NCBI GenBank assembly: GCA_017433415.1
Contig: JAFRHI010000009.1
Location: forward strand, 1,723-65,722
From: Bacilli bacterium
Lineage (GTDB): Bacteria; Bacillota_I; Bacilli_A; RF39; UBA660
Direction of reading: 5' to 3'
Length of the DNA: 64,000 nucleotides
A program made the translations under genes and the position numbers. Under the pieces are notes generated by a model. That model searched no databases. It was not told the origin of the DNA and saw only the letters and a list, made by a program, of their open reading frames with translations. This document shows, piece after piece, positions 46,398-56,134 of the stretch. Each line of letters starts with the position of its first letter. The stretch's first letter is position 1.

Positions 46398-48261
46398 AAG
46401 TGAATTAGAGGTTTTGATTACAAAACGTAAGTTAGAACTTGAAAAACCATTTGAAAGATCAGTTGAATATGAAATGTTTAGTGATTTCTGTAAGAATCAT
46501 TTTATTGCGAAGGCGGAAGATTTAATTGGTTATGATATGGAGTATTGTTTAAAATTGTTATATTTTGCTCAGACTAAATATACTCCGTGTGAAGAAGATG
46601 CCAAAAAAATTGTTAATGATGTAGTTTTACCAATCATTTCAAGTTTAGAATTACCGGCACTTGATCGCCTTATCAAAACCTGTAGTGTAGTTACAGCTAG
46701 TGATGAAAAAGATAAAGTACTTCAATTTCTTCGTGAGAAAAGTACAATTAAATCAAAATTACTTTATTACAGTTTAAATCTTGATCCAAATATTATTGCT
46801 GATTTAGATGAGTTTAGAAAATTTTGTTCTAAAAAAGATTTGTTACTAGGAGATTTATTTGAGTTGTATTTTGATGATTCACTCTTGATTAATAATATGA
46901 TGAGTATATATTTAATGGCAAAAGCTATTGAAGAAAATATAAAAGAGATAGATAGTGTATATGAAGAGACACTTAGTGATTTAGATGTTTCTAGAAGAGA
47001 AGCTAAATTATTAGAAAATAAGAAGAAAAAGCATCTTAAAAAGGGTTTGGCAAAGATAGAAGGAATTAGTATAGCTTTAGGTTTATTTTCAAAAATAGCA
47101 GAAGAAGTTAGAAAAGAAGAAAAAAAAGAGAGTGACTATAATAAAAATCGTTATAAAGAAATTGCTAATTTAGATCAGGTTATGCTTCTTTTAGATGAAG
47201 GATTAGAAACACCAGAAATTAAAGATGTAAGAAGAATTATTGGTTTAATTAAAGATTCAGAAATAAAACGAGCTGTTTTGGAAATTATTTATGAACATAA
47301 TATGAAATATTATAAGAAACTTTCAAAAGAGTTTGAGCAATTAAATGGGAATAATAGTGTTAAGTACCAAACTCTTTTAAATAACTTTGGATTAGTTATT
47401 GATAGTAAAAGTATTGAAGCTGTTATGTATAATAGTTTAGAGGATGTTGAGACTATTCTTAAAATAATATCTGGAATAGGATATGATTCTACTACATTAT
47501 TTAGAATTTTAAAAAATACTGATATCGAAACTGTTAAAATGATCAAGTCATATATTGATAGAGGTATATTAACTGATAGTTTTATCTTAAATAATTATGA
47601 CATATTCTGTAGTGATTCAACAAAAACTTTACTACTAAAAAATAATATATTATTATTTGAAAGTTATAATTTAAATCCAAATATGTTTAGTAATAATGGT
47701 AATATCTTAATAAGCAATAGTTTAGTTTTACAAAATAATTTTGAAGTACTTAAAAATTATGATTTATTAAGTTTTTTGAAGACTACTGATAACTATCAAT
47801 TTTTAATTGATAATGAATTGTTAGTTAAAATTGAACGCTTACTTGAACTAGGATATGAAAAGCTTTTAGAAGAAGATTTAGGTATACTTAATGTTTGTGA
47901 TATTAAGCGATTAGAGGTATTAAATTCTTTAAATATGCCTGTACAAGATCTAGAAACATTTTATGGTGTATGTCAAAGTAAGAAATTCTTTATTAGAGAT
48001 GATGAAATAGATAATTATTTATTAAATGTTTTAGACTTTAATGAAGAAGTTGCTTTAGATATTGATTCTAGTGATTTAGAAAAATATCGAATTAGTACTA
48101 GATTATATAATATTAATGGTATTAATGTTGCCTCTAATAAAGTGTTGAGAAATATTTCAGAAGGTATGAGTATGTATCAAGCTATATTTAGGGGAATGAT
48201 TCTTAATGAAGAAGAATATAGTGCTGTTATAGGTGAATTAAAACCTATTCAATATCAATAA
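46390..48261 (+). CDS. Hypothetical helical protein
   Basis: ~620-aa ORF coupled to the upstream gene; no recognised motif. Confidence 0.7.
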   Translation: MTRSELEVLITKRKLELEKPFERSVEYEMFSDFCKNHFIAKAEDLIGYDMEYCLKLLYFAQTKYTPCEEDAKKIVNDVVLPIISSLELPALDRLIKTCSVVTASDEKDKVLQFLREKSTIKSKLLYYSLNLDPNIIADLDEFRKFCSKKDLLLGDLFELYFDDSLLINNMMSIYLMAKAIEENIKEIDSVYEETLSDLDVSRREAKLLENKKKKHLKKGLAKIEGISIALGLFSKIAEEVRKEEKKESDYNKNRYKEIANLDQVMLLLDEGLETPEIKDVRRIIGLIKDSEIKRAVLEIIYEHNMKYYKKLSKEFEQLNGNNSVKYQTLLNNFGLVIDSKSIEAVMYNSLEDVETILKIISGIGYDSTTLFRILKNTDIETVKMIKSYIDRGILTDSFILNNYDIFCSDSTKTLLLKNNILLFESYNLNPNMFSNNGNILISNSLVLQNNFEVLKNYDLLSFLKTTDNYQFLIDNELLVKIERLLELGYEKLLEEDLGILNVCDIKRLEVLNSLNMPVQDLETFYGVCQSKKFFIRDDEIDNYLLNVLDFNEEVALDIDSSDLEKYRISTRLYNINGINVASNKVLRNISEGMSMYQAIFRGMILNEEEYSAVIGELKPIQYQ

Positions 48262-48336
48262 ATATATTATATGGAGTGTTTTGCTGATACACTCTTTTTA
48301 TTATAAATATCTTATTTTTTGAATTGTTGATTCAAC

Positions 48337-48365
48337 TTGACAAAGATTATTTCATATGATAGAAT
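48337..48365 (+). promoter_or_regulatory. sigma-A promoter of the rplU operon
   Basis: TTGACA, 17 bp, TAGAAT with extended TG. Confidence 0.8.
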
Positions 48366-48371
48366 CTAGAT

Positions 48372-48445
48372 GTTTGACGCCTCATGCTCAAACCGCATTG
48401 AAAAGGTAAAAACGTATTTACGTACCTTAAGAGCGAGTCTTAGTT
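48372..48445 (+). ncRNA. L21 leader (ribosomal protein leader RNA)
   Basis: Structured 5' UTR of rplU with CCGCA, AGGT/ACCT stem and GCGAGTC. Confidence 0.65.
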
Positions 48446-48465
48446 TAAAAAAAGGAGGTAAATAT

Positions 48466-48768
48466 ATGAACGCTGTAATTAAAGTTGGTGGAAAGCAATA
48501 CTATGTTACTGAAGGTTCTGAAATTTTCGTTGAAAAGTTAGAATGCGAAGCAGGTGATGTAGTTAACTTTGATCAAGTATTAATGCTTGACTCTAAAGTT
48601 GGTAATCCTTATCTTACTAATGCTACTGTTCAAGGTGAAGTTTTAAAGAATGGTAAAGCTAAGAAAATTAAAGTTTTCAAATATAAAAGTAAAGATAGAT
48701 CTAATCGTAAGACTCAAGGACATAGACAACCTTATACAAAAATTAAAATTACTAAGATTAATGGTTAA
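48466..48768 (+). CDS. rplU: 50S ribosomal protein L21
   Basis: GGKQY and GHRQPYT motifs; AAGGAGG RBS before ATG 48466. Confidence 0.97.
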   Translation: MNAVIKVGGKQYYVTEGSEIFVEKLECEAGDVVNFDQVLMLDSKVGNPYLTNATVQGEVLKNGKAKKIKVFKYKSKDRSNRKTQGHRQPYTKIKITKING

Positions 48769-48770
48769 TT

Positions 48771-49073
48771 ATGATTGATGTAAAAGTTGTTAAAGAAAAA
48801 GCTAAATACAAAAAAATTACAATTCTTGGTCATGCATTATATGATGATTATGGAAAAGATATTGTATGTAGTGCTTGTAGTAGTATAGTTACAACTACAG
48901 TAAATGGTATTTTAGCACTTAATAAGGATAGTCTAAGTTACTTAGTTAGTAAGAAGGGTATGAGTATAGATATTAAAAGTACTGATACTACTACACAAAT
49001 ACTAATTAATAATATGGTTAGTCTTTTAAAGGAACTGGAAGGTAATTATCCAGAAAATATTCAAGTAAAATAA
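48771..49073 (+). CDS. prp: Ribosomal-processing cysteine protease Prp (YsxB)
   Basis: GHA...G.DIVCSA catalytic His/Cys; between rplU and rpmA. Confidence 0.95.
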   Translation: MIDVKVVKEKAKYKKITILGHALYDDYGKDIVCSACSSIVTTTVNGILALNKDSLSYLVSKKGMSIDIKSTDTTTQILINNMVSLLKELEGNYPENIQVK

Positions 49074-49085
49074 GGAGGAAAGTTT

Positions 49086-49376
49086 ATGAAATTTTTGAAA
49101 TTAGATATTCAATTGTTTGCACACCATAAAGGTCAAGGATCAACATCTAATGGTCGTGATTCTGCAGGACGTAGACTTGGAGCTAAAGCAGCTGATGGTG
49201 AATTTGTAACAGCAGGTTCTATTATATATCGTCAAAGAGGAACTAAAGTTTTCCCTGGTGTAAATACTCGTCGTGGTAATGATGATTCTATTTATACTAC
49301 AGTTGACGGAATTGTTAAATTTGAACGTTTAGGAAGAGATAAGAAAAGAGCTTCAGTTTATCCTGAAGGTAAATAG
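49086..49376 (+). CDS. rpmA: 50S ribosomal protein L27 with Prp-cleaved extension
   Basis: KLDIQLF|AHHKG, NGRDS and RQRGT motifs. Confidence 0.98.
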   Translation: MKFLKLDIQLFAHHKGQGSTSNGRDSAGRRLGAKAADGEFVTAGSIIYRQRGTKVFPGVNTRRGNDDSIYTTVDGIVKFERLGRDKKRASVYPEGK

Positions 49377-49462
49377 ATTTTAAGAGCCATAATATGGCTC
49401 TTTTTTCTTGCTAAAATAAGAATTTTGTGGTATAATATGCACTGTTTAAAGGGGAGTTTAAA

Positions 49463-50662
49463 ATGAGTGTGAATATAGAAGCAATTTTACATCCAGATGA
49501 AGCATTTTTGGATTATGTTCCAAATCTTTTTAGCTTGTATTCACATGATTATGGAATAGAATATATTCCTAAAATGACTGATAGATTTTATGATACTATG
49601 TATTTTTTTGATTCTGATCCTATTAGTACATATAATTTTTGTGCTAAATTGAAACGTTTTGATATTCCTAAATACGTTGAAGAAGAATATTTTGATTATA
49701 TTAAAGTGGCTAAAAAAAGTCATAAGCATATATATTCTAATTATCATTCAACTCTGATTAGTTTTTTTAAACCGAAGAAAGTACCTATAGCTGAATTAGA
49801 ACAACTTGATTATTCTTGCTATAGTACTAAAAATGTTAGTATGTTAAGTAATAGCCAAGTTCCTAGATATGTGAAAAACCAGATATTAAAAAGGCAGAAG
49901 GATTATTTGAAAAAATGTGTTAATTTAGGAGTTAAACCTTTAACTGATAGTTCTTATATTAGCATTTTGGAAAGTAATAAAAGAAATGCTGAAAGAGAAG
50001 AGAAGCGCTATCTTTTGCAAAATACTAAATGGGGTAAGAGAATTACTAGAAAGTTTTCTAATTGGTTTAATGAAATTAGTGTTGATAATATTATTAATAT
50101 TTTAAGTCTTGATTCTTCAGGAGCAACTGGAAGAATAGTTTCTTCTGGAGGAGTTAGATATAGTTTTGTTTATTTACCAGTTATTGAAAGGTTAAAATAT
50201 CAAGCTCTTGATAATATAATTTTTCATGAATTAAGACATGTTGTTGAGCTTGGTGATTTAACAGCAGGTCTTAGTGTAGATGTTGGTGATCAGTATGAAC
50301 TAATTAATGAACTTAGAACAGAAAAAAATGCTCTTCGTGATTTAGAAGCACTTAAAGGACAAGTCTTATGGTCTCAAGAACCATTACCTAGTAGATATAG
50401 AAATGAATATAAATATATTTATTCAAATTTGAATTTAGAAGAGTTTTTTGATGATTATTGTGCAGTTTTAAATGGTTTGGCAGTTAATGGCGCTATTAGT
50501 TCTTTTGAAGCTTCTTTTGGAAAAGATAATTTAATCAAATTTGAAGAATTATTAAAAAGGGCTTATTCTTTAGAAAAACAAAGAACTATTTTTTCTGAAG
50601 AGTTAAAAGATGAAAGTGCAGTATTGGTTAAAAAATTAAGAGAAAATTTTGAGGGAAAGTAG
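49463..50662 (+). CDS. HExxH metalloprotease-like protein (paralog 1)
   Basis: FHELRH...LINE..TE.NA. Confidence 0.65.
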   Translation: MSVNIEAILHPDEAFLDYVPNLFSLYSHDYGIEYIPKMTDRFYDTMYFFDSDPISTYNFCAKLKRFDIPKYVEEEYFDYIKVAKKSHKHIYSNYHSTLISFFKPKKVPIAELEQLDYSCYSTKNVSMLSNSQVPRYVKNQILKRQKDYLKKCVNLGVKPLTDSSYISILESNKRNAEREEKRYLLQNTKWGKRITRKFSNWFNEISVDNIINILSLDSSGATGRIVSSGGVRYSFVYLPVIERLKYQALDNIIFHELRHVVELGDLTAGLSVDVGDQYELINELRTEKNALRDLEALKGQVLWSQEPLPSRYRNEYKYIYSNLNLEEFFDDYCAVLNGLAVNGAISSFEASFGKDNLIKFEELLKRAYSLEKQRTIFSEELKDESAVLVKKLRENFEGK

Positions 50663-50671
50663 GTGATATAT

Positions 50672-51859
50672 ATGGCAGTTAATTATGAAAATGCTTTGTA
50701 TCCAGAAGAGGCAGTTTTAGATTATCAAGAAAATTTACTTGATATTTATATTGAGGACTATGGAGAAGAGCATCGAGATATAATTGAAGAACGTCTTAGA
50801 AATACATTGTGTTTATTTGATGTTGATCCTGTTGAGACTGTTGTTAAACTTTATGAACATGCTAAAGGAGACGCAAAACTTGCAAAAAGAATGACTGATG
50901 AAGCTTGTAATTTTTCAAGATTACAGAGTAGGGCTATTAGAAAATTTAGAAAGCCATATATTGATCTTTTAAGTAGTACTTTTAATGTTCGTCGTGGAGC
51001 TAAAAAGTTATTAGAACTAGATTATTCATTTTTACTAGATGAGACACTTAGTGAGGAAGATAAAGCAATATTTGATGCAGAATACAGAAGAACTTGCAAA
51101 AGACTTAGAGTAAGTCCAATATACAATATTGAAACTATAAAGGCATTAAATAGTACAATGGAAATGTTAAAGAAGAATTGTGATTTGTATGTTTTAGAAA
51201 AATCACTTTGGGGTAAAAGAGTTACTGCTAAGGTTAGAGAAAAATTTGGTCGTTTGTCAACTTTTGAAATACTGTCAATATTTCAATCGGCAACTTATCC
51301 TAATCTTGCTACTACGACACAAGTCCTTAGTAATACTGATGAAAATGTTGGAAGTATATTATATTTTCCATTAGTTTCTTTATTAGATGTTGGTGATATT
51401 GATCATAACTTTTTTCATGAACTAAGACATGCCGTAGAAACAGGAGATAATGGTTGTGGTTTGAAGATAATACATGATGAACTTTACAGACTTATTAATG
51501 AGGTTCACACTGAAGAAAATGCTGTTAATGACTTAAGCCGTTTACAAGGAAAAATTCTTTGGGCCCAGGATGAGGCTAATCTTAATAATTCTTATCAGAA
51601 TTTATTTAGTTATGTTTTAGATTTTTTTCAGGATAATAGGGATTTACTTAATTATTTAGCTTTATATAATGATGCTGAATTGTTTGAGAGTATTTTTGGA
51701 GTTAGTGATCTAATGCAACTTGAGTTTTTTTTGAAAGATTTACATGAAAAAATTATGCAAGATGAAGATTTTTATGACTCTAGTGAAGTTGTTAGAGGTA
51801 AAAAGTTAATTAAAAAATTAGATGATAATGCTTATAGTTATTTTAGAAGTATAGATTAA
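50672..51859 (+). CDS. HExxH metalloprotease-like protein (paralog 2)
   Basis: FHELRH...LINE..TE.NA; N-terminus aligns with paralog 1. Confidence 0.65.
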   Translation: MAVNYENALYPEEAVLDYQENLLDIYIEDYGEEHRDIIEERLRNTLCLFDVDPVETVVKLYEHAKGDAKLAKRMTDEACNFSRLQSRAIRKFRKPYIDLLSSTFNVRRGAKKLLELDYSFLLDETLSEEDKAIFDAEYRRTCKRLRVSPIYNIETIKALNSTMEMLKKNCDLYVLEKSLWGKRVTAKVREKFGRLSTFEILSIFQSATYPNLATTTQVLSNTDENVGSILYFPLVSLLDVGDIDHNFFHELRHAVETGDNGCGLKIIHDELYRLINEVHTEENAVNDLSRLQGKILWAQDEANLNNSYQNLFSYVLDFFQDNRDLLNYLALYNDAELFESIFGVSDLMQLEFFLKDLHEKIMQDEDFYDSSEVVRGKKLIKKLDDNAYSYFRSID

Positions 51860-51899
51860 AGTATTAGATATTTGATATAATAAGATAGGTGGTGATTTT

Positions 51900-53174
51900 A
51901 TGTTTGTAGATGAAGTGGAAATTAAAGTTGAAGCCGGTAAAGGTGGCGATGGTTGTACAGCTTTTCGTCGTGAGAAATATATCGAAATGGGTGGACCTTA
52001 TGGTGGCAATGGGGGACATGGTGCAGATATTATCTTTAAGGTTGATGAAGGACTACATACTTTACTTGACTTAAGATATCAAAAAACAATTAAAGGTAAT
52101 AATGGTGAAGCTGGTCGTGGAAAAAATCAACATGGTAAGGGAGCTAGCCCTTTAGTTGTTAAAGTACCACTTGGAACAGTTGTTACGGATTTAGATACAG
52201 GTTTAGTTATAGCTGATTTATCACATAAAGATCAAGAAGAAGTGATTGCTAAAGGTGGTCGTGGTGGACGTGGAAATACAGCTTTTAAAACACAGACTAA
52301 TACTGCTCCGGATTATTCTGAAAAAGGAGAAGAAGGAGAAATTAAAAATTTAAAAGTGGAAGTTAAGATGCTTGCTGATGTTGGTTTAGTTGGCCTTCCT
52401 AGTGTTGGAAAAAGTACAATTATTTCTTGTGTTTCTAGGTCGCGTCCGAAAATAGCAGCTTATCACTTTACAACATTAAATCCAAATCTTGGAGTTGTTA
52501 AGACAAGCGATGGTAGAAGTTTTGTTATGGCTGATTTACCAGGTTTAATTGAAGGTGCTAGTCATGGTGAAGGCTTAGGAGATAAATTCTTACGTCATAT
52601 TGAAAGAACACGAGTAATTGCTCATGTTATAGATATGAGTGCTAGTGAAGGAAGAGATCCTTATGAAGATTTTGTTTTAATCAATAAAGAATTAAAGGCT
52701 TTTAATGAAAAACTAATTAAGAAGCCAATGATTATTATTGCAAACAAGATGGATATTCCAGGGGCAAAAGAGAATTTAGAAGAATTTAAGAAAAAAGTTG
52801 ATTTGGAAATATTTGAAGTTAGTGCTGCTACTAATAGTGGTCTTGAGAGAGTAATTGATAGATTAGCAGATATTTTAGATACTATTCCAAGTAATCCACT
52901 TTATGATGAATCGCAAATAGAAAGTCATGTTCTTTATAAATTTAAAAAAGAAGAGCCATTTACTATTACTAAAGAAGAAGATGGTTTATGGGTTGTTAGT
53001 GGTAAGGAAGTTGAACGAATATTTAAAATGACTAAATTTTCTAGTGATGAAGCAGTTTATAGATTTGCAAAAAAATTAAGAAGAATGGGAATTGATGACA
53101 AATTACTTGAAATGGGTGCTAAAGAAGGAGATCAAGTTCGTATTTTAGATTTTTACTTTGATTTTAAAGAGTAA
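51900..53174 (+). CDS. obgE: GTPase Obg/CgtA
   Basis: MFVD, Gly-rich Obg fold, GLPSVGKS, DLPG and NKMD motifs, C-terminal OCT domain. Confidence 0.98.
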   Translation: MFVDEVEIKVEAGKGGDGCTAFRREKYIEMGGPYGGNGGHGADIIFKVDEGLHTLLDLRYQKTIKGNNGEAGRGKNQHGKGASPLVVKVPLGTVVTDLDTGLVIADLSHKDQEEVIAKGGRGGRGNTAFKTQTNTAPDYSEKGEEGEIKNLKVEVKMLADVGLVGLPSVGKSTIISCVSRSRPKIAAYHFTTLNPNLGVVKTSDGRSFVMADLPGLIEGASHGEGLGDKFLRHIERTRVIAHVIDMSASEGRDPYEDFVLINKELKAFNEKLIKKPMIIIANKMDIPGAKENLEEFKKKVDLEIFEVSAATNSGLERVIDRLADILDTIPSNPLYDESQIESHVLYKFKKEEPFTITKEEDGLWVVSGKEVERIFKMTKFSSDEAVYRFAKKLRRMGIDDKLLEMGAKEGDQVRILDFYFDFKE

Positions 53175-53217
53175 TGTGCTATTATATTCTCTAATATTGT
53201 TTATGGGTGGTTAATAT

Positions 53218-53883
53218 ATGGATTATAAACAACAAATACGAGAATATTTAGAACAATATCCAGAACTATTTACGGATTATGAAAAAAAGTTAATTTTGAA
53301 TTATACGATTACTGGACAATTTATACCAGCAGATGTTAGAGAAGTTTATGATCAATTAGGGATTTTACCAAATAATTTAAATATCTATGATGGCTTTTTT
53401 CAGTTATTAAAAGATAATTTTCATCTTAATGGTCGAAGAATTATTGAAGTAGGTGGAGGAGTTATTCCTTGTTTGGCAAAAAGAATTGAGGCTGAATTAG
53501 ATACTGGTAAAATAATTGTTTATGATCCACGTTTAAGTATATATGAAAAAGATACTATGAGCTTAAAACTTGTTAGAGAAAGATTTACTAGGAGTAGTTT
53601 GCTTGCTGACTGTAATCTTTTAATTGGGTTAATGCCAGAGGATGCAGCCGAATTATTAATTGATAGGGCAATTGATGCACAAATTGATTTTATGGTGGCA
53701 TTAGGTGCTGGAGGTCCACATGGTGATGGCTTTGATTTTTATGAAGATGCAGATGAGTGGGCTCATGGTGTTATTTGCGCTACTGAAGAGTTAGTTGAAA
53801 GAAAAGAAATGGGTAAGTTGATGGTAAAAACTATGGAGGAGTTTGGAAATCCTTATCCAATTATTTATAATAAGAGAGGGTAG
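53218..53883 (+). CDS. Putative SAM-dependent methyltransferase-fold protein
   Basis: IIEVGGG motif I, VYDP. Confidence 0.5.
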   Translation: MDYKQQIREYLEQYPELFTDYEKKLILNYTITGQFIPADVREVYDQLGILPNNLNIYDGFFQLLKDNFHLNGRRIIEVGGGVIPCLAKRIEAELDTGKIIVYDPRLSIYEKDTMSLKLVRERFTRSSLLADCNLLIGLMPEDAAELLIDRAIDAQIDFMVALGAGGPHGDGFDFYEDADEWAHGVICATEELVERKEMGKLMVKTMEEFGNPYPIIYNKRG

Positions 53884-53889
53884 GTTGTG

Positions 53890-56106
53890 ATGTTAATTAG
53901 TGTTTTAGAGACTATTAGAGATAATGGTGTGATTTCAAAGGATGAATGTATCGATATTGGGTTTAGTTTAGATGAAATTTATTGTTTTGTTTTAGATGGT
54001 TTTTTAAAACCAATAAGTGACGAATTGTTTTCATTGACAAGTGTTGATGAATTGTTTTACTATGCTACAAAAAAATGTCCAGATGATGAGGATTTTATTA
54101 AAAAAATAATGGATATTTGTTATGCTATTGATAGATATAATACAAATGTAAATTTATGGTTTTTAAATAATTCTATTGAAGATGAAAATTTAGCTGTATT
54201 TAGGGAACATTTGGAGAATTTAGAAAAAGTTTATAGTTGTAATAAAGAAAATAGTAAAGATATTAATTTTTTATATTTATTAATGACTAAAGCTTTTAAT
54301 AATGTTGATTATGACACAATAAAAAGAGTAAAAGAGTTATCTTTTGGTGATATTTCTGTTGATTATGATAATCCAAATTATCAGCAACCAATTTTTGAAA
54401 ATTCAATGCGACGAGCTATTTATGAAAATTACACGATAGAAGCAGATATTAAAAATGATCGTAAATTTGGTTTATTAAGTCGAATTACTGTTTTTGATAG
54501 TGTTTCTAGTAAGCTTATTAAAAAAGCTAATACTAGATATAAAATGTTTGATAAAGAAATAATGGCTGAGTTAGAGAAAGGTAATTATGAGGCAGTTAAA
54601 GAGTTTTTATTAAAAAAACAAGAATTAGGACAAGCTACAAGAGCCGATCTTTATACACTTAAAGTTCTTGATGCTTATTTGGAAATTAGTGAGACATTAC
54701 GTATTCCTAAGTATAAAATTATGGCTAATGCTAGTATTTATAATCATATCGATAATAATGATTTTAAAAGAGCTTTTATGTCTTATAAAACGAATAATCC
54801 TAATGATATCTTATTCTTTATGCTTAAAAAGATTAATGAATTAATTGATTCTATTCTTGATTATAGGAAAGAAAAAAAAGATGTTTGTACAACTTTAGAT
54901 GATGCTATCAGTGCTATTTATATGGGAGATTATCAAGCCATAAATGAATATCTACAAGCAATTGATATGGAAGAGTATTATTGTCTTGTACGCGATACTA
55001 TTATGCTTTGTGTTATGGAAGATGATCAAACATTTACTAAGGCTATCGATTTAGTAATGGATTTGAGTCATGGTAATTTTACTTTTGATAGTAAAAAACA
55101 CATTGATTTATATAATGAAGCTATATATAATAAGAAATTTAAAAAAGCTAAATTGTATTATGATATGTTAGAAAATAGTCAAGCATTTATTTTAAATCCT
55201 GGGTTAAAAGAAATACTAGTTGAACAATATGAAAGGGTTAATGGTAAAAATATTGGTAGTATTGTTGTTGATGAGGAATATGGATTATTATCAGTAAAAA
55301 ATTATGTTCGTTTAAAGATAAAAGAATTAGCCAATGGTAAAAGTATTGTTGTTTTACCACATATGGAATATGAAAAGTCTAAAGAAGTTTATGAAATGAT
55401 TACGCATTTTGATAATGTTATTTGTTTTACCATTGAGGATGAAGGTAAATGGAGAGTTGTTTTAAGAAAAAAGAAGTCAATTGATGATTTTGTTAATATT
55501 TCTCAATTGATTGAAAACTTTCAAACTCAATATGTTTTTCATAATAATCGTGAGGCATTAGAATATGGAAGAGAATTATTAGCAATAGGAAAACCTAATC
55601 CAGGGATATATGGTAAATGTGGGTTGATACTATATTATCTTGGTGAATATAATGAGGCAATAGATTGTTTAACTGTTGCTAATGCTATGAATAGAAGAAA
55701 AGGTTGGGCTACTAATTATGATACTTTATTAGAACAGTGTAAGAAACGTAGAAGACAATCTTTTCAATCAAAATTTGGAGGAAGCTTCAAAGAATTATTT
55801 AAAAGTGAATCAGGACTTATTAATTCATTAATTGAACTTTCACGTGATGGTGATTTTGATATAAAAGAAGCTGTCGAAAAACTAGGATTGGATATGGAAA
55901 AAATAAGTTATGCAAAACTAGTTTATGCCAGAGATTGTTATGCTGATGGAGATTTTGAACTTGGTGATAAATATCTGCGTGAAGTAATTAAGAGTAGGGA
56001 TAAATCTGATCTTTTGAAACTATTAATAAAGAATATACGTACTAATAGATTGTTCTATTGTCATCGTAAAAATCAACATATGAATTGTTTGGTTATTAAA
56101 AGATAG
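53890..56106 (+). CDS. TPR-containing hypothetical protein (paralog 1)
   Basis: YGKCGLILYYLGEYNEAIDCL TPR. Confidence 0.65.
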   Translation: MLISVLETIRDNGVISKDECIDIGFSLDEIYCFVLDGFLKPISDELFSLTSVDELFYYATKKCPDDEDFIKKIMDICYAIDRYNTNVNLWFLNNSIEDENLAVFREHLENLEKVYSCNKENSKDINFLYLLMTKAFNNVDYDTIKRVKELSFGDISVDYDNPNYQQPIFENSMRRAIYENYTIEADIKNDRKFGLLSRITVFDSVSSKLIKKANTRYKMFDKEIMAELEKGNYEAVKEFLLKKQELGQATRADLYTLKVLDAYLEISETLRIPKYKIMANASIYNHIDNNDFKRAFMSYKTNNPNDILFFMLKKINELIDSILDYRKEKKDVCTTLDDAISAIYMGDYQAINEYLQAIDMEEYYCLVRDTIMLCVMEDDQTFTKAIDLVMDLSHGNFTFDSKKHIDLYNEAIYNKKFKKAKLYYDMLENSQAFILNPGLKEILVEQYERVNGKNIGSIVVDEEYGLLSVKNYVRLKIKELANGKSIVVLPHMEYEKSKEVYEMITHFDNVICFTIEDEGKWRVVLRKKKSIDDFVNISQLIENFQTQYVFHNNREALEYGRELLAIGKPNPGIYGKCGLILYYLGEYNEAIDCLTVANAMNRRKGWATNYDTLLEQCKKRRRQSFQSKFGGSFKELFKSESGLINSLIELSRDGDFDIKEAVEKLGLDMEKISYAKLVYARDCYADGDFELGDKYLREVIKSRDKSDLLKLLIKNIRTNRLFYCHRKNQHMNCLVIKR

Positions 56107-56134
56107 GAATTAAAATAAAATAGGGGATGATAAA

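Noticed and set aside
48370-48465. N-terminal extension of L21 suggested by the ORF track
   Set aside because: This is the structured leader; a strong RBS supports ATG 48466
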